From an uncultured candidate division Zixibacteria bacterium (GTDB taxonomy: Bacteria > Zixibacteria > MSB-5A5 > GN15 > FEB-12), in assembly GCA_963664195.1 (NCBI GenBank), contig OY760907.1:1824001-1888000 (forward strand): a stretch of 64,000 bases of DNA. Reading direction: 5' to 3'. Under the pieces are notes generated by a model that worked only from the letters and a program-made list of their open reading frames with translations, did not search any database and was not told where the DNA came from. A program made the translations under genes and the position numbers. Positions within the stretch are counted from its first letter, which is position 1. Each line of letters begins with the position of its first letter. Positions 39,964-50,154 of the stretch are shown one piece after another.

Positions 39964-40660
39964 TCAGATTTTCTCACCGTCGGCAATTGATTGGAGCCTG
40001 CCGATGTCGAGCACGGTGATCTGTTTGCCGTTGACCTCGATAGCACCTATCTCTTTGAATTTCTTGAAATTGCGCGAAAGCGTCTCGATTACCGTCCCAA
40101 GCCGCGCGGCCAGTTCAGTCTTACTTGATTCAAGCTGGAATGTGTTGCCGGGGTCGGATGAGGACCGGCTGAGGATATATGCTGCCAGACGGGCGGGGAT
40201 TTCTTTGAGCGAAAGGTCTTCGACCTGTTGTGTAAAATCGCGCAGCCAGGCGGAGAGGGAGCCGATCATCTTCATGGCGATATTCGGCGAGTCGGCCAGA
40301 AGGGCTAGGAAGTCGGCTTTGGGAATGAAAGCAATCTCGGAGTCTTCGGTAGCCTGACAATTGGCGGGGAATCCTTTGCCCCGGAATATGGCGGCCTCGG
40401 CGAACATCTGTCCGGGTTGGACGAGATGCAACGTGTACTCACGGCCCTCGGGAGAGGATTTGTATATGCGGACCGCGCCGGAGATCAGGACAAAAAAGCC
40501 GGTGGCGGGGTCGCCCTCAAAAAACAGCACGCTTGGATAAGAACTGCACAAAGTTTTTGGCGACTGACCGAACGCTGACGATTTTCGTGAGCGCGGACAT
40601 CTCCTCGTCGTTGAGTTCCGCGAACAGTTTGGAGCGGTGCAGGCGTTGGGCGTTTTCCAT
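39964..40660 (-). pseudogene. Crp/Fnr-family regulator (HcpR/Dnr-like), frameshifted by an apparent 19-nt insertion
   Basis: The ATG at 40660 gives MENAQRLHRSKLFAELNDEEM...RSVAKN. The continuation SVLFFEGD...GQMFAEAA...ELAARLGTVIETLSR is in another frame. Confidence 0.75.
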
Positions 40661-40779
40661 GCGGGTTTGATACGAAATTGGACTGGATCAGGCAAGGTTT
40701 GTTTGCGTGGGGGAGCTCTCGCTACGGTGTATAGAGACTCGTTGGGTGCCACCGTCAAAGCTTCTTTGAGGGTGTTTTC

Positions 40780-40822
40780 GGCAGATTTGAAGACAGCCAC
40801 TCCTGGCGTTGACCTGCGCTAG
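40780..40822. repeat. REP-like element (family C)
   Basis: GGCAGATTTGAAGACAGCCACTCCTGGCGTTGACCTGCGCTAG. Confidence 0.7.
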
Positions 40823-40861
40823 CCGTCAGACGGGGTCGTCTGACGGCACGTTGAACCGAGA

Positions 40862-42190
40862 TCACCCCACCCGCATCGGCTGCTTTTTCATGTACGTCAG
40901 CGTCCGCCAGAGCCATTCAACGGGGCCAAACCGGAATCGGTTCAACCACCAGGGACTCAACAACAACTGTACGATCCAAATGCTCACCACAATTCCCTGC
41001 AACGGGAAGCGCTCAAGATACCCGAAAAGCCCGAATCCGAAGCCGTAGAAGATCGTCGTGCAGATAATACTCTGCATCAGGTAGTTCGTGAGCGCCATTC
41101 GGCCAACCGAAGCCAGACGTTTCGTCAGCCACGAAAGCAATCCGTGTTTGCAGATCAGCATAATCAGGCAGGCGTGGCCGATAGCAACCAACACGCTGCC
41201 GACATAATCAAACTGGTTGCCCAGCAAGAACCCCTGGATGATGTCGAAGTCGTGCGCGATTCTGTACTCCGTGCCGTAGATCGACAAGGGCAATCCGATT
41301 GCGTAACAGATTGCTCCCAGCGTTATATAGAACCGGGTCGACCTCAAGGCCGAGAACACCTCCAGTTTCATTAGCCCCATGCCTATCAACATCAATCCGA
41401 GCACGCGCCAGAGGACCATGAAAGGCAGCGCCTGCGCCTGCATCATCAGCGTTATCTCGGCCCGGGCCTTCAGATTATCAAGATATCCGCCGCGGAAAGC
41501 CTCGTACTCCTCGTTCATCTTTTCTTCGCTCGGGTGAGCCATCGTCTGAACTTCATCCCAGGCAATGAGCATCTCCTCCTGCTGCTGGGTGAGCGTCTTG
41601 CCTTCGTCCTGCGCCTTCTGAGCGCCGTTGGCCGCGCCTTCGAGAAACACGAAAGTGCCGCCCGCCCCGACCATGAGCAACGCACCTACAAGCAGGGACA
41701 AAGACCCAACAATGATCAAAGTCCGGGCTTTCTTGCGACGGAACAGGAATATGAGCAGTCCTACTATACCGTAAGAGAACAGGATATCTCCGTGCCAGAT
41801 CAGGTACGAGTGCACCAACGCGATAGCAATCAGCCACATCATGCGTCGATAGTAAAAGCCGCCAACTTTGCGGCCCGCCGCCTCGAATCGCTGGAACATG
41901 AGGATCAGGCCTGCACCGAACAGCATCGAAAAGATCGCCATCATTTTCTGGCAGAAGATCGCTGAGGTGAACCGGTATATCAGCAGGTTCATGCCGTCGA
42001 ATCCGCCCGCCAATGTCGGATTGTGATAGGTCGAGTTGAGCAGGCCAAAGAAATCGATATTGATCACAAGTATGCCCAGGAGGGCCACACCCCTGAGGAC
42101 ATCGACTGCGGCAATACGTTCCCCGGCAGATACGGGGGCGGTGTCAACAGCGGGTGTGTCGGCTACGGCGGTTTCGCTTGGATCTGACAT
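40862..42190 (-). CDS. DUF418 (YeiB-like) membrane protein
   Basis: DVLRGVALLGIL, FSMLFGAG, GDIL, VGRMALTNYLMQS and GPVEWLWR. Confidence 0.93.
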   Translation of the reverse strand: MSDPSETAVADTPAVDTAPVSAGERIAAVDVLRGVALLGILVINIDFFGLLNSTYHNPTLAGGFDGMNLLIYRFTSAIFCQKMMAIFSMLFGAGLILMFQRFEAAGRKVGGFYYRRMMWLIAIALVHSYLIWHGDILFSYGIVGLLIFLFRRKKARTLIIVGSLSLLVGALLMVGAGGTFVFLEGAANGAQKAQDEGKTLTQQQEEMLIAWDEVQTMAHPSEEKMNEEYEAFRGGYLDNLKARAEITLMMQAQALPFMVLWRVLGLMLIGMGLMKLEVFSALRSTRFYITLGAICYAIGLPLSIYGTEYRIAHDFDIIQGFLLGNQFDYVGSVLVAIGHACLIMLICKHGLLSWLTKRLASVGRMALTNYLMQSIICTTIFYGFGFGLFGYLERFPLQGIVVSIWIVQLLLSPWWLNRFRFGPVEWLWRTLTYMKKQPMRVG

Positions 42191-42382
42191 TTGGTCGTCC
42201 TCTCAAGACAGGATTCGGCTCGCATCAGGCGCGAGGAGAGTCGTTTCCCTATGGTAGTGCGCAACTCGTTCAGTTACAAGCAGAAATGCCCCCACTACAG
42301 TCGCGTTGGGATAGATATTGACTTTTACAGGGGGCGCCGTTTATTACTCCCACTAACGAACTTAATGCAATGAGATTACTAT

Positions 42383-43492
42383 ATGACAGACTCTAACGCC
42401 TCTCCGAAAAAGACTCCCTTCTACCAGTACCATGTTGATGCCGGAGCCAAGATCGTAGATTTTGCCGGATACCTGATGCCGGTGCAGTACGAGGGTATCA
42501 CCGCCGAGCATCTCGCAGTACGTGAAAACCTCGGAATATTCGACCTCTCCCACATGGGCGAGTTTGTCGTCACCGGCAACGATGCCCTCGCGTTTTTGCA
42601 GAAAACGACCACGAATAACGTCGCAAAGCTGGGAATCGGCGACATTCAGTACAGTTGTATGCCGTATCCCGAAGGCGGCATTGTTGACGATCTCCTGGTC
42701 TATCGGACGGGTGAACAGGAGTATTTCCTGGTCGTAAACGCGTCCAACCTGCATAAAGATCTTGATTGGCTCAGCTCTCATCTGGAAGGTGACGTCAAGC
42801 TGGACAACCAATCGGACGACTTTGGTCTGATCGCGATTCAGGGGCCGAACGCCCAGAAGATGATGGCCGAGCTGACTGATATCGATCTGGAAGCTATCCG
42901 TTTTTACACTTGTGTCACCGCGAAAGTGGCCGGAGTTGAAGTTCTGTTCTCCCGGACCGGTTACACCGGCGAAGACGGTTTCGAGATATACATACCGCCT
43001 GTTCATTGCGATCAGCTCTGGATGGCCGTCAAATCAGCCGGCGACAAGCACGGGGCCAAACTGATCGGCCTTGGTGCCCGCGATACCCTTCGCCTTGAGA
43101 TGAAGATGGCCCTGTACGGCAACGACATCGACCAGACCACAACCCCGGTAGAAGCCGGCTTGAGCTGGATTGTCGATTTCGACAAAGATTTCATCGGCAA
43201 GGAAGTTATAGCCAAACAGAAGGCTGAAAAACCGACTCGTCGGTTGGTTTGTTTGGAGTTGCAGGAGAAATCGTTCCCTCGTCACGGTTACGATATTGTC
43301 GACGGTGAGGAAAAGATTGGCTACGTAACCTCGGGTACAGTGTCGCCGTCGTTGCAGAAACCGATTGCGATGGGTTATGTGCCACGTCAGAAATCAAAAT
43401 CGGGTTCGACCGTTGAGATTGCCATACGTAATAAGAAAGTACCGGCCGTGGTAGTGAAACCGCCGTTCTACAAGAACGCCTCGCATAAGTGA
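42383..43492 (+). CDS. gcvT: Glycine cleavage system aminomethyltransferase T
   Basis: FDLSHMGE, AIQGP, SRTGYTGEDGFE and GLGARDTLRLE. Confidence 0.97.
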   Translation: MTDSNASPKKTPFYQYHVDAGAKIVDFAGYLMPVQYEGITAEHLAVRENLGIFDLSHMGEFVVTGNDALAFLQKTTTNNVAKLGIGDIQYSCMPYPEGGIVDDLLVYRTGEQEYFLVVNASNLHKDLDWLSSHLEGDVKLDNQSDDFGLIAIQGPNAQKMMAELTDIDLEAIRFYTCVTAKVAGVEVLFSRTGYTGEDGFEIYIPPVHCDQLWMAVKSAGDKHGAKLIGLGARDTLRLEMKMALYGNDIDQTTTPVEAGLSWIVDFDKDFIGKEVIAKQKAEKPTRRLVCLELQEKSFPRHGYDIVDGEEKIGYVTSGTVSPSLQKPIAMGYVPRQKSKSGSTVEIAIRNKKVPAVVVKPPFYKNASHK

Positions 43493-43502
43493 GCACTCAC
43501 GA

Positions 43503-44252
43503 ATGAACGTACAGCTATTTCTCACGCCCGCCCCGATGGGCAACGTCACTTATGAAAGTAAGACCGTGGTAGTGATCGACGTCCTTCGGTCTTCTACGTC
43601 CATAAGTGCGATCCTCAGTGCCGGGGCGCGGGGAGTGATTCCTACCGCCGAACCGGGCGAGGCCGGGGATATGTGGGCCAAGGTTGGGTCGGAGAACGCG
43701 GTCTTGGCCGGGGAGAGGAACGGAGTGAAGATCGAGAATTTCCAGTTTGGCAATTCGCCGCGTGAGTTTACTCCGGCAAGTGTCGGTGGCAAGCTGGTTA
43801 TCATCTGCACTACCAACGGTACCGCGCCGTTCGGGGCTGCCCTTCGGGCGAAAACGATCTTCTCAGGAGCTTTCACCAATATCTCCAGCGTGGCGGAGGC
43901 GGTGGCACGTCAGAATCGTGACCTGATTGTAATCTGCTCCGGTCATGAGGGTGGTTTTTCGACCGAGGATACACTCTGCGGCGGTATGCTGCTCGACCTT
44001 TTGAAGAAGAAGCATGATTGTACACTGGAGCTTAACGATGCCGCCGCGCTGTCGTTGCTGTTCTTTGACACGCACAAAGCATCTGTTCGGGAGACTGTCG
44101 CGCAGGGTGAGCACGGAAGGTTTTTGACCTCGATTGGTTTTGGTGATGATGTTGTCATGGCGACGGAAGTGGATTCGATGCCGGTTGTTGCGATCCTGCA
44201 GGATGGCCGGTTGGTCCTTGCCGAGGGGCAAGTTGGTGACCGTGCTGAATAG
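43503..44252 (+). CDS. comB: 2-phosphosulfolactate phosphatase family protein
   Basis: VVIDVLRSS, GERNG, FGNSP, TTNGT and EDTLCGG. Confidence 0.9.
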   Translation: MNVQLFLTPAPMGNVTYESKTVVVIDVLRSSTSISAILSAGARGVIPTAEPGEAGDMWAKVGSENAVLAGERNGVKIENFQFGNSPREFTPASVGGKLVIICTTNGTAPFGAALRAKTIFSGAFTNISSVAEAVARQNRDLIVICSGHEGGFSTEDTLCGGMLLDLLKKKHDCTLELNDAAALSLLFFDTHKASVRETVAQGEHGRFLTSIGFGDDVVMATEVDSMPVVAILQDGRLVLAEGQVGDRAE

Positions 44253-44289
44253 AGCAAAACGTATCACGTCTTATCTGGTATAATAGCAT

Positions 44290-46200
44290 ATGTCCAAACT
44301 CTTGATTCTGTGTCTGTGTCTGTGTCTGTGTCTTGTGGCCGGTTTGGCCAATACTGTGTCGGCTGCCAATGGAGTGCGCTGCGAGTTGTCCGTTTCCCAG
44401 AAGGATGCTGCCGGGCAGAACGTTCTGCTCGTGAGGGACACGGCGGACCTCGTCGAAAACGTAAGTGCCCTCGGTTGTCTGGCAGCGGTCTCGTTTGATT
44501 TGAAGGTGACGCGTGTAGATACGTCGGGGATCATGTTTCTTGCCCATGTCAACGTGCATGCGCCCCAGCCCCACCAGTTTTCTCAGCGATATAGTGTCGA
44601 GTACGGTCTGCCGGCCCGGATTTCCGGATTGAAAGGGAAAGCGGACGCGGAGTACACGCTGACGATTCTCCCTCTTGAGCGCGTTGACATTGACACGGCC
44701 GGTTGCGGCTGGCGACACAACAGCCCCGAAGATTTCAAGTTCGACCCGACTGCCTATACCGACTTGTATTATGTCCCCCAGACCGTCGGTGATTACTACT
44801 GGAGTACCGCGAAGGGGGTCATTGACGAGGAGTACAAACTGCTCAGGTCAAAGGTCAGCTTCACCATGCCCGGCAAGTACAATGTCTACCTGTGTCCCTG
44901 CCAGATTCATTCTGTAATCTGGGATGATCGTTTTGGCATGATGATTGATCCAACTCGCCGGGTGGCATTTGCAGTTTACTCCGCCAATTATAACTCGGTC
45001 TACCCGTTCCTTGTCAATTATGCGGCGGTATTGCACAACTACGGTTATTCGCCGGCGTTTCTTTCCGAGGGGTTGGCCGGGTATTACTCGTTTGCCGCCT
45101 ATGAAATGAAGAAGATAGTGACTGATGGGCGCCTGGTGCCGCTTGATGAACTCCTGGATACTCACGCCTACTTCCGGGCTGATCCTGTTGTGGCTGATCG
45201 CATCGCCGCGACTTTTGTCGGTTACCTGATCGACAAGTACGAACTCGGAACCTTTAAGGAACTCTACCGCAAGGCAGACGATCTCAACCTTCGCGAGTCA
45301 ATCCAAAGCGTGTATGGAAAGTCCGTCGCCGACCTGGAGCAAGAATGGCTGGACTACGTGGATACGGTGTCGCTGGCGTACGCCGATGCGTCCCGTCAAG
45401 GGGCGATTGCGGTGGCGATGTGGGACTATAATGCGAGTGCCGAGTATTCACGCGAATCGTTGCGCCTCGCCGAATCACATGTCGATTCGCTCAGGGCGCT
45501 AATGCGCCTGACTCAGGATCAGTTCTTCCGAGGAGATTATTACGCTGCAGTTGAGTGCCAGCAGCAGTTGCTTGCGATGGACTCTACCGATGCTCGGCAC
45601 TGGATGACACTGGCCTCGTATCACCTCATGGTTGGTGAGAACGACAAAGCCCAGGCCGAGTTGGCCCGTGGAAGGGAGTTGGATTCAACTAACCAGTTCA
45701 TCCGATTCGGACAGGCCTTTGCCACTTATTGCAGCGGTGATTTGGAAGATGCCGAACGTATGTTCGAAGAAGTATGTGCGGAGACATCGCAGTCCGCGGG
45801 GTATGTCGAGGCACGGTGTCTGCTCGGTTTTTTGATGCTCCATAAGGGACTTGGGCAGACGGACGAAAAAGTGCTCACGCTTTTCACTGAGGTGGTGCAG
45901 CGACTTCAGGCGAAAATGCAGAGCAGCGAACCGTCACCGTATATTGCAATTTGGCTCGGGGTAGGATACGTGGGCCTCGGCGATCCGCTGGTGGCGGAGG
46001 ATTATTTCAGACTCGCATCCGTATTGGAGACCCGTCCTTTCTACCAGGCAATGCTGAGTCTCTGGCGAGGCAAGGCTGCTGACTTGAACGGAGATCGCGC
46101 TGAGGCAGTTGATTTTTACAATAGGGTGCTGGCGTTGCCGTCGGCGTCGTATCACCAGCAGGAAGCGCGGCGATTACTGGAGTCGCCCTACAAACACTAG
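44290..46200 (+). CDS. Exported protein with peptidase MA-like segment and TPR repeats
   Basis: Signal peptide; FLSEGLAGY but no intact HExxH; C-terminal TPR-like helices. Confidence 0.7.
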   Translation: MSKLLILCLCLCLCLVAGLANTVSAANGVRCELSVSQKDAAGQNVLLVRDTADLVENVSALGCLAAVSFDLKVTRVDTSGIMFLAHVNVHAPQPHQFSQRYSVEYGLPARISGLKGKADAEYTLTILPLERVDIDTAGCGWRHNSPEDFKFDPTAYTDLYYVPQTVGDYYWSTAKGVIDEEYKLLRSKVSFTMPGKYNVYLCPCQIHSVIWDDRFGMMIDPTRRVAFAVYSANYNSVYPFLVNYAAVLHNYGYSPAFLSEGLAGYYSFAAYEMKKIVTDGRLVPLDELLDTHAYFRADPVVADRIAATFVGYLIDKYELGTFKELYRKADDLNLRESIQSVYGKSVADLEQEWLDYVDTVSLAYADASRQGAIAVAMWDYNASAEYSRESLRLAESHVDSLRALMRLTQDQFFRGDYYAAVECQQQLLAMDSTDARHWMTLASYHLMVGENDKAQAELARGRELDSTNQFIRFGQAFATYCSGDLEDAERMFEEVCAETSQSAGYVEARCLLGFLMLHKGLGQTDEKVLTLFTEVVQRLQAKMQSSEPSPYIAIWLGVGYVGLGDPLVAEDYFRLASVLETRPFYQAMLSLWRGKAADLNGDRAEAVDFYNRVLALPSASYHQQEARRLLESPYKH

Positions 46201-46203
46201 CAG

Positions 46204-48267
46204 ATGTTCAGTTTTCTCAATTCCACTGTCCTGTTTGCGGCAGCAGCGGCCCTGATTCCGCTGATCATACACCTGTTTTCTCGCCGCCGGGTAAAGGTAA
46301 TTGAGTTCTCGTCTCTGCGTCACCTCAAAGAGATGCAGAAACGGCAGTTGCGCCGCCTCAAGATTCGACAACTCCTGTTGCTGGCGCTTCGGATGCTCAT
46401 CATTCTTGCGGTCGTTCTGGCGTTTGCCCGTCCGACCTCCCGCAACGGTGCCGTCGGGTCCCACGCGGCAGTATCGGCGGTCATCCTTCTGGACAATTCG
46501 GCTTCAATGAGCCGGTACGTTGCCGACGGTGATCTGTTCGAGATAGCTCGCAAACGGACAAGCGAATTGCTTGGAACATTCTCCCAGTCCGACGAGGTCT
46601 GCCTGCTGCCGTTGGATCGCGCTTCTCGACATGGCACCGAGGGATTCGTTTCCGCCGCGGTCGCTCAGGAGGAGTTGGCGCGGCTCGGTGCCGGTGCCTC
46701 GCGGGCCGATCTACAGGACGGACTAGTTACGGCGGTTGAATTGCTCAGTGATGCCGTCAATATGAATCGCGAAGTGTATCTTGTCACCGACCGTCAGCGC
46801 AATTCACTGCCGGAAACTGCTGCTCTCGCCGGCACGGGCATGAATCTGTACCTGGTGGACGTTCCGATCGAGGAGATTGAGAACGCCGGTGTTATATCGC
46901 TTGATTTCGGCGGGCAGTTGATTCAGCCCGGACACGACTTTGATCTCGTGGCAACGATCCGCAACTATGGCACTCAACCAACTGACCGACGAATCGCCTC
47001 GCTTTTTCTCGACGGGAAACGAGTCGCACAGCACGAGTTTATGGCCGAAGGTGACAGTGAGACAGCCGTGCGTTTTACGCGGTCGATTTCCGGTACGGGA
47101 TTTCACTCCGGGTACGTTGAGATATCAGATGACAAGTTCCCGGGCGATAACCGGTACTTCTTCAGTCTCCGGATTCCGGATCGATTCAATCTGTTGCTGA
47201 TCAACGGTGACCCCTCGGCGAAGTTCATCTCCCTGGCGCTTGTGCCACCCACGTCCGGTGGGCAGTACTGGTCGGTCAAGGAGGCGGTCCCGGGCGAGCT
47301 GTCCGGAATCGACTTTAATCAGTACGACGTCGTCGTGCTTGTTGGCGCACCCACGCTGGCAGAGGCATATGTTACGCGTCTGCAATCCTTCGTCAAACGG
47401 GGGAAATCGCTGCTCATTACGTACGGCGGCCGTACGGATATTGACTGGTTCAACGAGATCTGGTCAGGCGCCGCCGGTGTTACTTTCGATACTCCCGTCA
47501 AAGCGAGTTTTAGTCGGGCCGGGTACTACACATTTCTTTCGGCAGATATGGATCATCCGATCTTTTCCGTGTTTGGGTTCGAGGACGGGAAGCCGCCGGA
47601 GGCCAAGTTCTATACTTTGCCCACCATGCACCTGAGAGGTGGAGCACGTTCTCTGGCTATGTTTACCGGCGATCGTCCGGCCCTGGTCGAGGCAGAATAC
47701 GGCAACGGCAAACTGATGACTTTCACCGGTCCGATTTCGCCGGAGTACTCAGATCTGGTCAGCCACGGATTTTTCGTGCCATTCGTGTCGCGAATGGCGG
47801 AGTACCTGGCGCTGGATCTCTCGAACTTCGATATTCGTATGCGCACCGGTGAGACCGCCACTCGTGCCCTGTTGGTCGAGGGAGCGGTTGATCACGCGGT
47901 TGATCTCATCCGACCTGACAGCACCACAGTGAGTCTCCCGCCGGAAGAAGAGAAGGGTGCGCTCGTGGTCAGGACAGGTCCGCTTGGGATGTCAGGCGTG
48001 TACCGGATCAATTACAACGGACGCGAAATCGACAGGTTCGCGGTGAATATCGATCGGATCGAGTGTGATCTGGCCACAACTGATATTGACCAGTTCGCGG
48101 TGGCGCTTGGCGCAAACGAGTATCGCCGCTTGAAATCGGATGATCAATTGGGTGAAGTGATTTCCGGGTTCCGGATTGGCCGTGAACTCTGGCAAGTGTT
48201 TCTGTGGATTGCGGTGGCGCTCCTGGCTGTCGAAATGTTGCTTGCTCGAAGGTCGGCGGAGGAATAG
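46204..48267 (+). CDS. BatA/VWA-domain membrane protein
   Basis: MFSFLN...PLIIHL...FSSL...LLLALR...AFARP, LDNSASM and C-terminal ELWQVFL. Confidence 0.9.
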   Translation: MFSFLNSTVLFAAAAALIPLIIHLFSRRRVKVIEFSSLRHLKEMQKRQLRRLKIRQLLLLALRMLIILAVVLAFARPTSRNGAVGSHAAVSAVILLDNSASMSRYVADGDLFEIARKRTSELLGTFSQSDEVCLLPLDRASRHGTEGFVSAAVAQEELARLGAGASRADLQDGLVTAVELLSDAVNMNREVYLVTDRQRNSLPETAALAGTGMNLYLVDVPIEEIENAGVISLDFGGQLIQPGHDFDLVATIRNYGTQPTDRRIASLFLDGKRVAQHEFMAEGDSETAVRFTRSISGTGFHSGYVEISDDKFPGDNRYFFSLRIPDRFNLLLINGDPSAKFISLALVPPTSGGQYWSVKEAVPGELSGIDFNQYDVVVLVGAPTLAEAYVTRLQSFVKRGKSLLITYGGRTDIDWFNEIWSGAAGVTFDTPVKASFSRAGYYTFLSADMDHPIFSVFGFEDGKPPEAKFYTLPTMHLRGGARSLAMFTGDRPALVEAEYGNGKLMTFTGPISPEYSDLVSHGFFVPFVSRMAEYLALDLSNFDIRMRTGETATRALLVEGAVDHAVDLIRPDSTTVSLPPEEEKGALVVRTGPLGMSGVYRINYNGREIDRFAVNIDRIECDLATTDIDQFAVALGANEYRRLKSDDQLGEVISGFRIGRELWQVFLWIAVALLAVEMLLARRSAEE

Positions 48268-48270
48268 CGA

Positions 48271-50154
48271 ATGACCCTGCTGTCGGCTGACAAGATATCC
48301 AAGAAATACAAAGATCAGGTTATTGTCGAACGAGTGTCCTTCACGCTGCAGACTTCGGAGCGCGTCGCCCTGGTGGGCAAGAACGGCATCGGTAAGACAA
48401 CGCTGCTGGAGATGCTGGCGGGGAAAACCTCGCCGGACTCGGGCACGATTACCCGCTCCAAGGCGTGCGTCATCGATTATATCGAACAGGAAAAGACTGA
48501 GTATCTGGAAATGTCCCTGTTCGACTTTGTCGCCGATGCTCGTTCTGATCTGCTGGATATGCGGCGACGGATTCAGGAAATCGAGCATCATCTCGAAAAC
48601 GACCCCAATGCCGGCCAGCACCTTGAGCGATTGGGAACGCTTCAGCAGGACTTTGAGCGCGAGGGGGGATTCAATCTCGAAAACGAGGTGTCGCTGATTC
48701 TCTCCGGCCTCGGATTCTCACGGGATCGGTACGATGATCGTTTGAGCAATTTCTCCGGTGGTGAAAAGAACCGTGCCGGACTTGCTCGATTGTTGGCTGG
48801 ACGCGGCAACATGCTGTTACTCGACGAACCGACCAACCATCTGGATATCGAGTCCACTAAATGGCTTGAAGAGTACCTCGCCAAACTTGACAAGGCCTGC
48901 ATTATTGTCTCTCACGACCGCGCGTTTCTCTCCGCTGTTGCCGGCAAAATATGGGAATTGGCTTACGGTGATCTGGAAACGTACCACGGCGGCTTCGACA
49001 AGTATCTTGAGGAACGCCTGCACCGTCGTGTGCTGGCCGAGCACCATTATAAGCATCAGCAGGAAGAGATCAAACGAATCGAGGATTTCATCCAGCGCAA
49101 TATGGCCGGTCAGAAAACCAAGCAGGCCCAATCAAAACTGAAATATCTCAATCGCATAAAACGTCTGCCGCCTCCGAAGACCGATGGCAGGGGGCCGGCC
49201 ATGAAACTGGAGTCGTCCGGCCGCTCGTTTGCCCATGTGCTTTCGCTTGAGGATGTCGCCCTGGGGTATGGCAGTGCCATGGTACTCCATGACGTCAATC
49301 TCGACTTGTACCGTGGAGACAAGATCGGGCTGATCGGGCGGAACGGATCCGGCAAATCGACTTTGCTCAAGGCGCTGATCGGTGAGATTGAACCTGCAGG
49401 CGGGAATATCAAACTTGGCAACAATGTCGATGTGGCGTATTTCGATCAGGAGCTTTCCGACTTGAATGCGAACCTGACTATTCTGGATAATCTCTGGGAG
49501 ATCGATCCTTCGGCAGAGCCGGGGCCGCTACGATCGTTTCTTGGACGGTTCGGATTTACCGGCGAAGATGTCCTCAAGAAAGTTGTGACCCTTTCGGGTG
49601 GCGAGAAGACAAAGCTCTGTCTCGCGAAACTGCTGTACCATCCGGCGAATCTCGTGATTCTCGATGAGCCTACCAACCACCTTGACATTTATGCTCGTGA
49701 GGCTTTGGAAAAAGCGCTGCGGGAGTACGACGGCTCGTACTTGATAGTCAGCCACGACCGGTATTTCCTTGATCAAGTGGCGGACAAAATCGTTTATCTG
49801 GACCACAATCGGGCGCGTGTTTTTGAGGGCAACTACTCGTACGCACAGGAGAAACTTCAGGCCGAACAGCCGGTAGCCGAGAAAAAAAACGACAAGCAAA
49901 AACAGGATTTCCTTGAATTCAAAGAACAGTCGAAACGTCGCTCTCGACTGAAAAAAAACATCGAATCCACTCGCGTCGACATCGCGCGATTGGAGAAAGA
50001 GTTGACCGAGCTGATCGACCACATTAACCATTCCGTTCCCGCCGATGACTGGGAGCAGTTGCAGGCCCTGACCAACAAGAAGGATTCCATTGAGGACGAA
50101 ATCTTTCAGATGTACGAAAGGCTTGAAGAGTTGGAGGCAATCAAGCTTGACTAA
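48271..50154 (+). CDS. ABC-F family ATP-binding protein
   Basis: Two NBDs (GKNGIGKT and GRNGSGKS; SGGE; LDEPTNHLD), no TM segments, coiled-coil tail. Confidence 0.95.
   Translation: MTLLSADKISKKYKDQVIVERVSFTLQTSERVALVGKNGIGKTTLLEMLAGKTSPDSGTITRSKACVIDYIEQEKTEYLEMSLFDFVADARSDLLDMRRRIQEIEHHLENDPNAGQHLERLGTLQQDFEREGGFNLENEVSLILSGLGFSRDRYDDRLSNFSGGEKNRAGLARLLAGRGNMLLLDEPTNHLDIESTKWLEEYLAKLDKACIIVSHDRAFLSAVAGKIWELAYGDLETYHGGFDKYLEERLHRRVLAEHHYKHQQEEIKRIEDFIQRNMAGQKTKQAQSKLKYLNRIKRLPPPKTDGRGPAMKLESSGRSFAHVLSLEDVALGYGSAMVLHDVNLDLYRGDKIGLIGRNGSGKSTLLKALIGEIEPAGGNIKLGNNVDVAYFDQELSDLNANLTILDNLWEIDPSAEPGPLRSFLGRFGFTGEDVLKKVVTLSGGEKTKLCLAKLLYHPANLVILDEPTNHLDIYAREALEKALREYDGSYLIVSHDRYFLDQVADKIVYLDHNRARVFEGNYSYAQEKLQAEQPVAEKKNDKQKQDFLEFKEQSKRRSRLKKNIESTRVDIARLEKELTELIDHINHSVPADDWEQLQALTNKKDSIEDEIFQMYERLEELEAIKLD

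Noticed and set aside
40661..40800. ORF-track N-terminus of the 278-aa Crp/Fnr ORF
   Set aside because: It starts inside a family C repeat and lacks Crp-like sequence; the real N-terminus is in another frame from ATG 40660.
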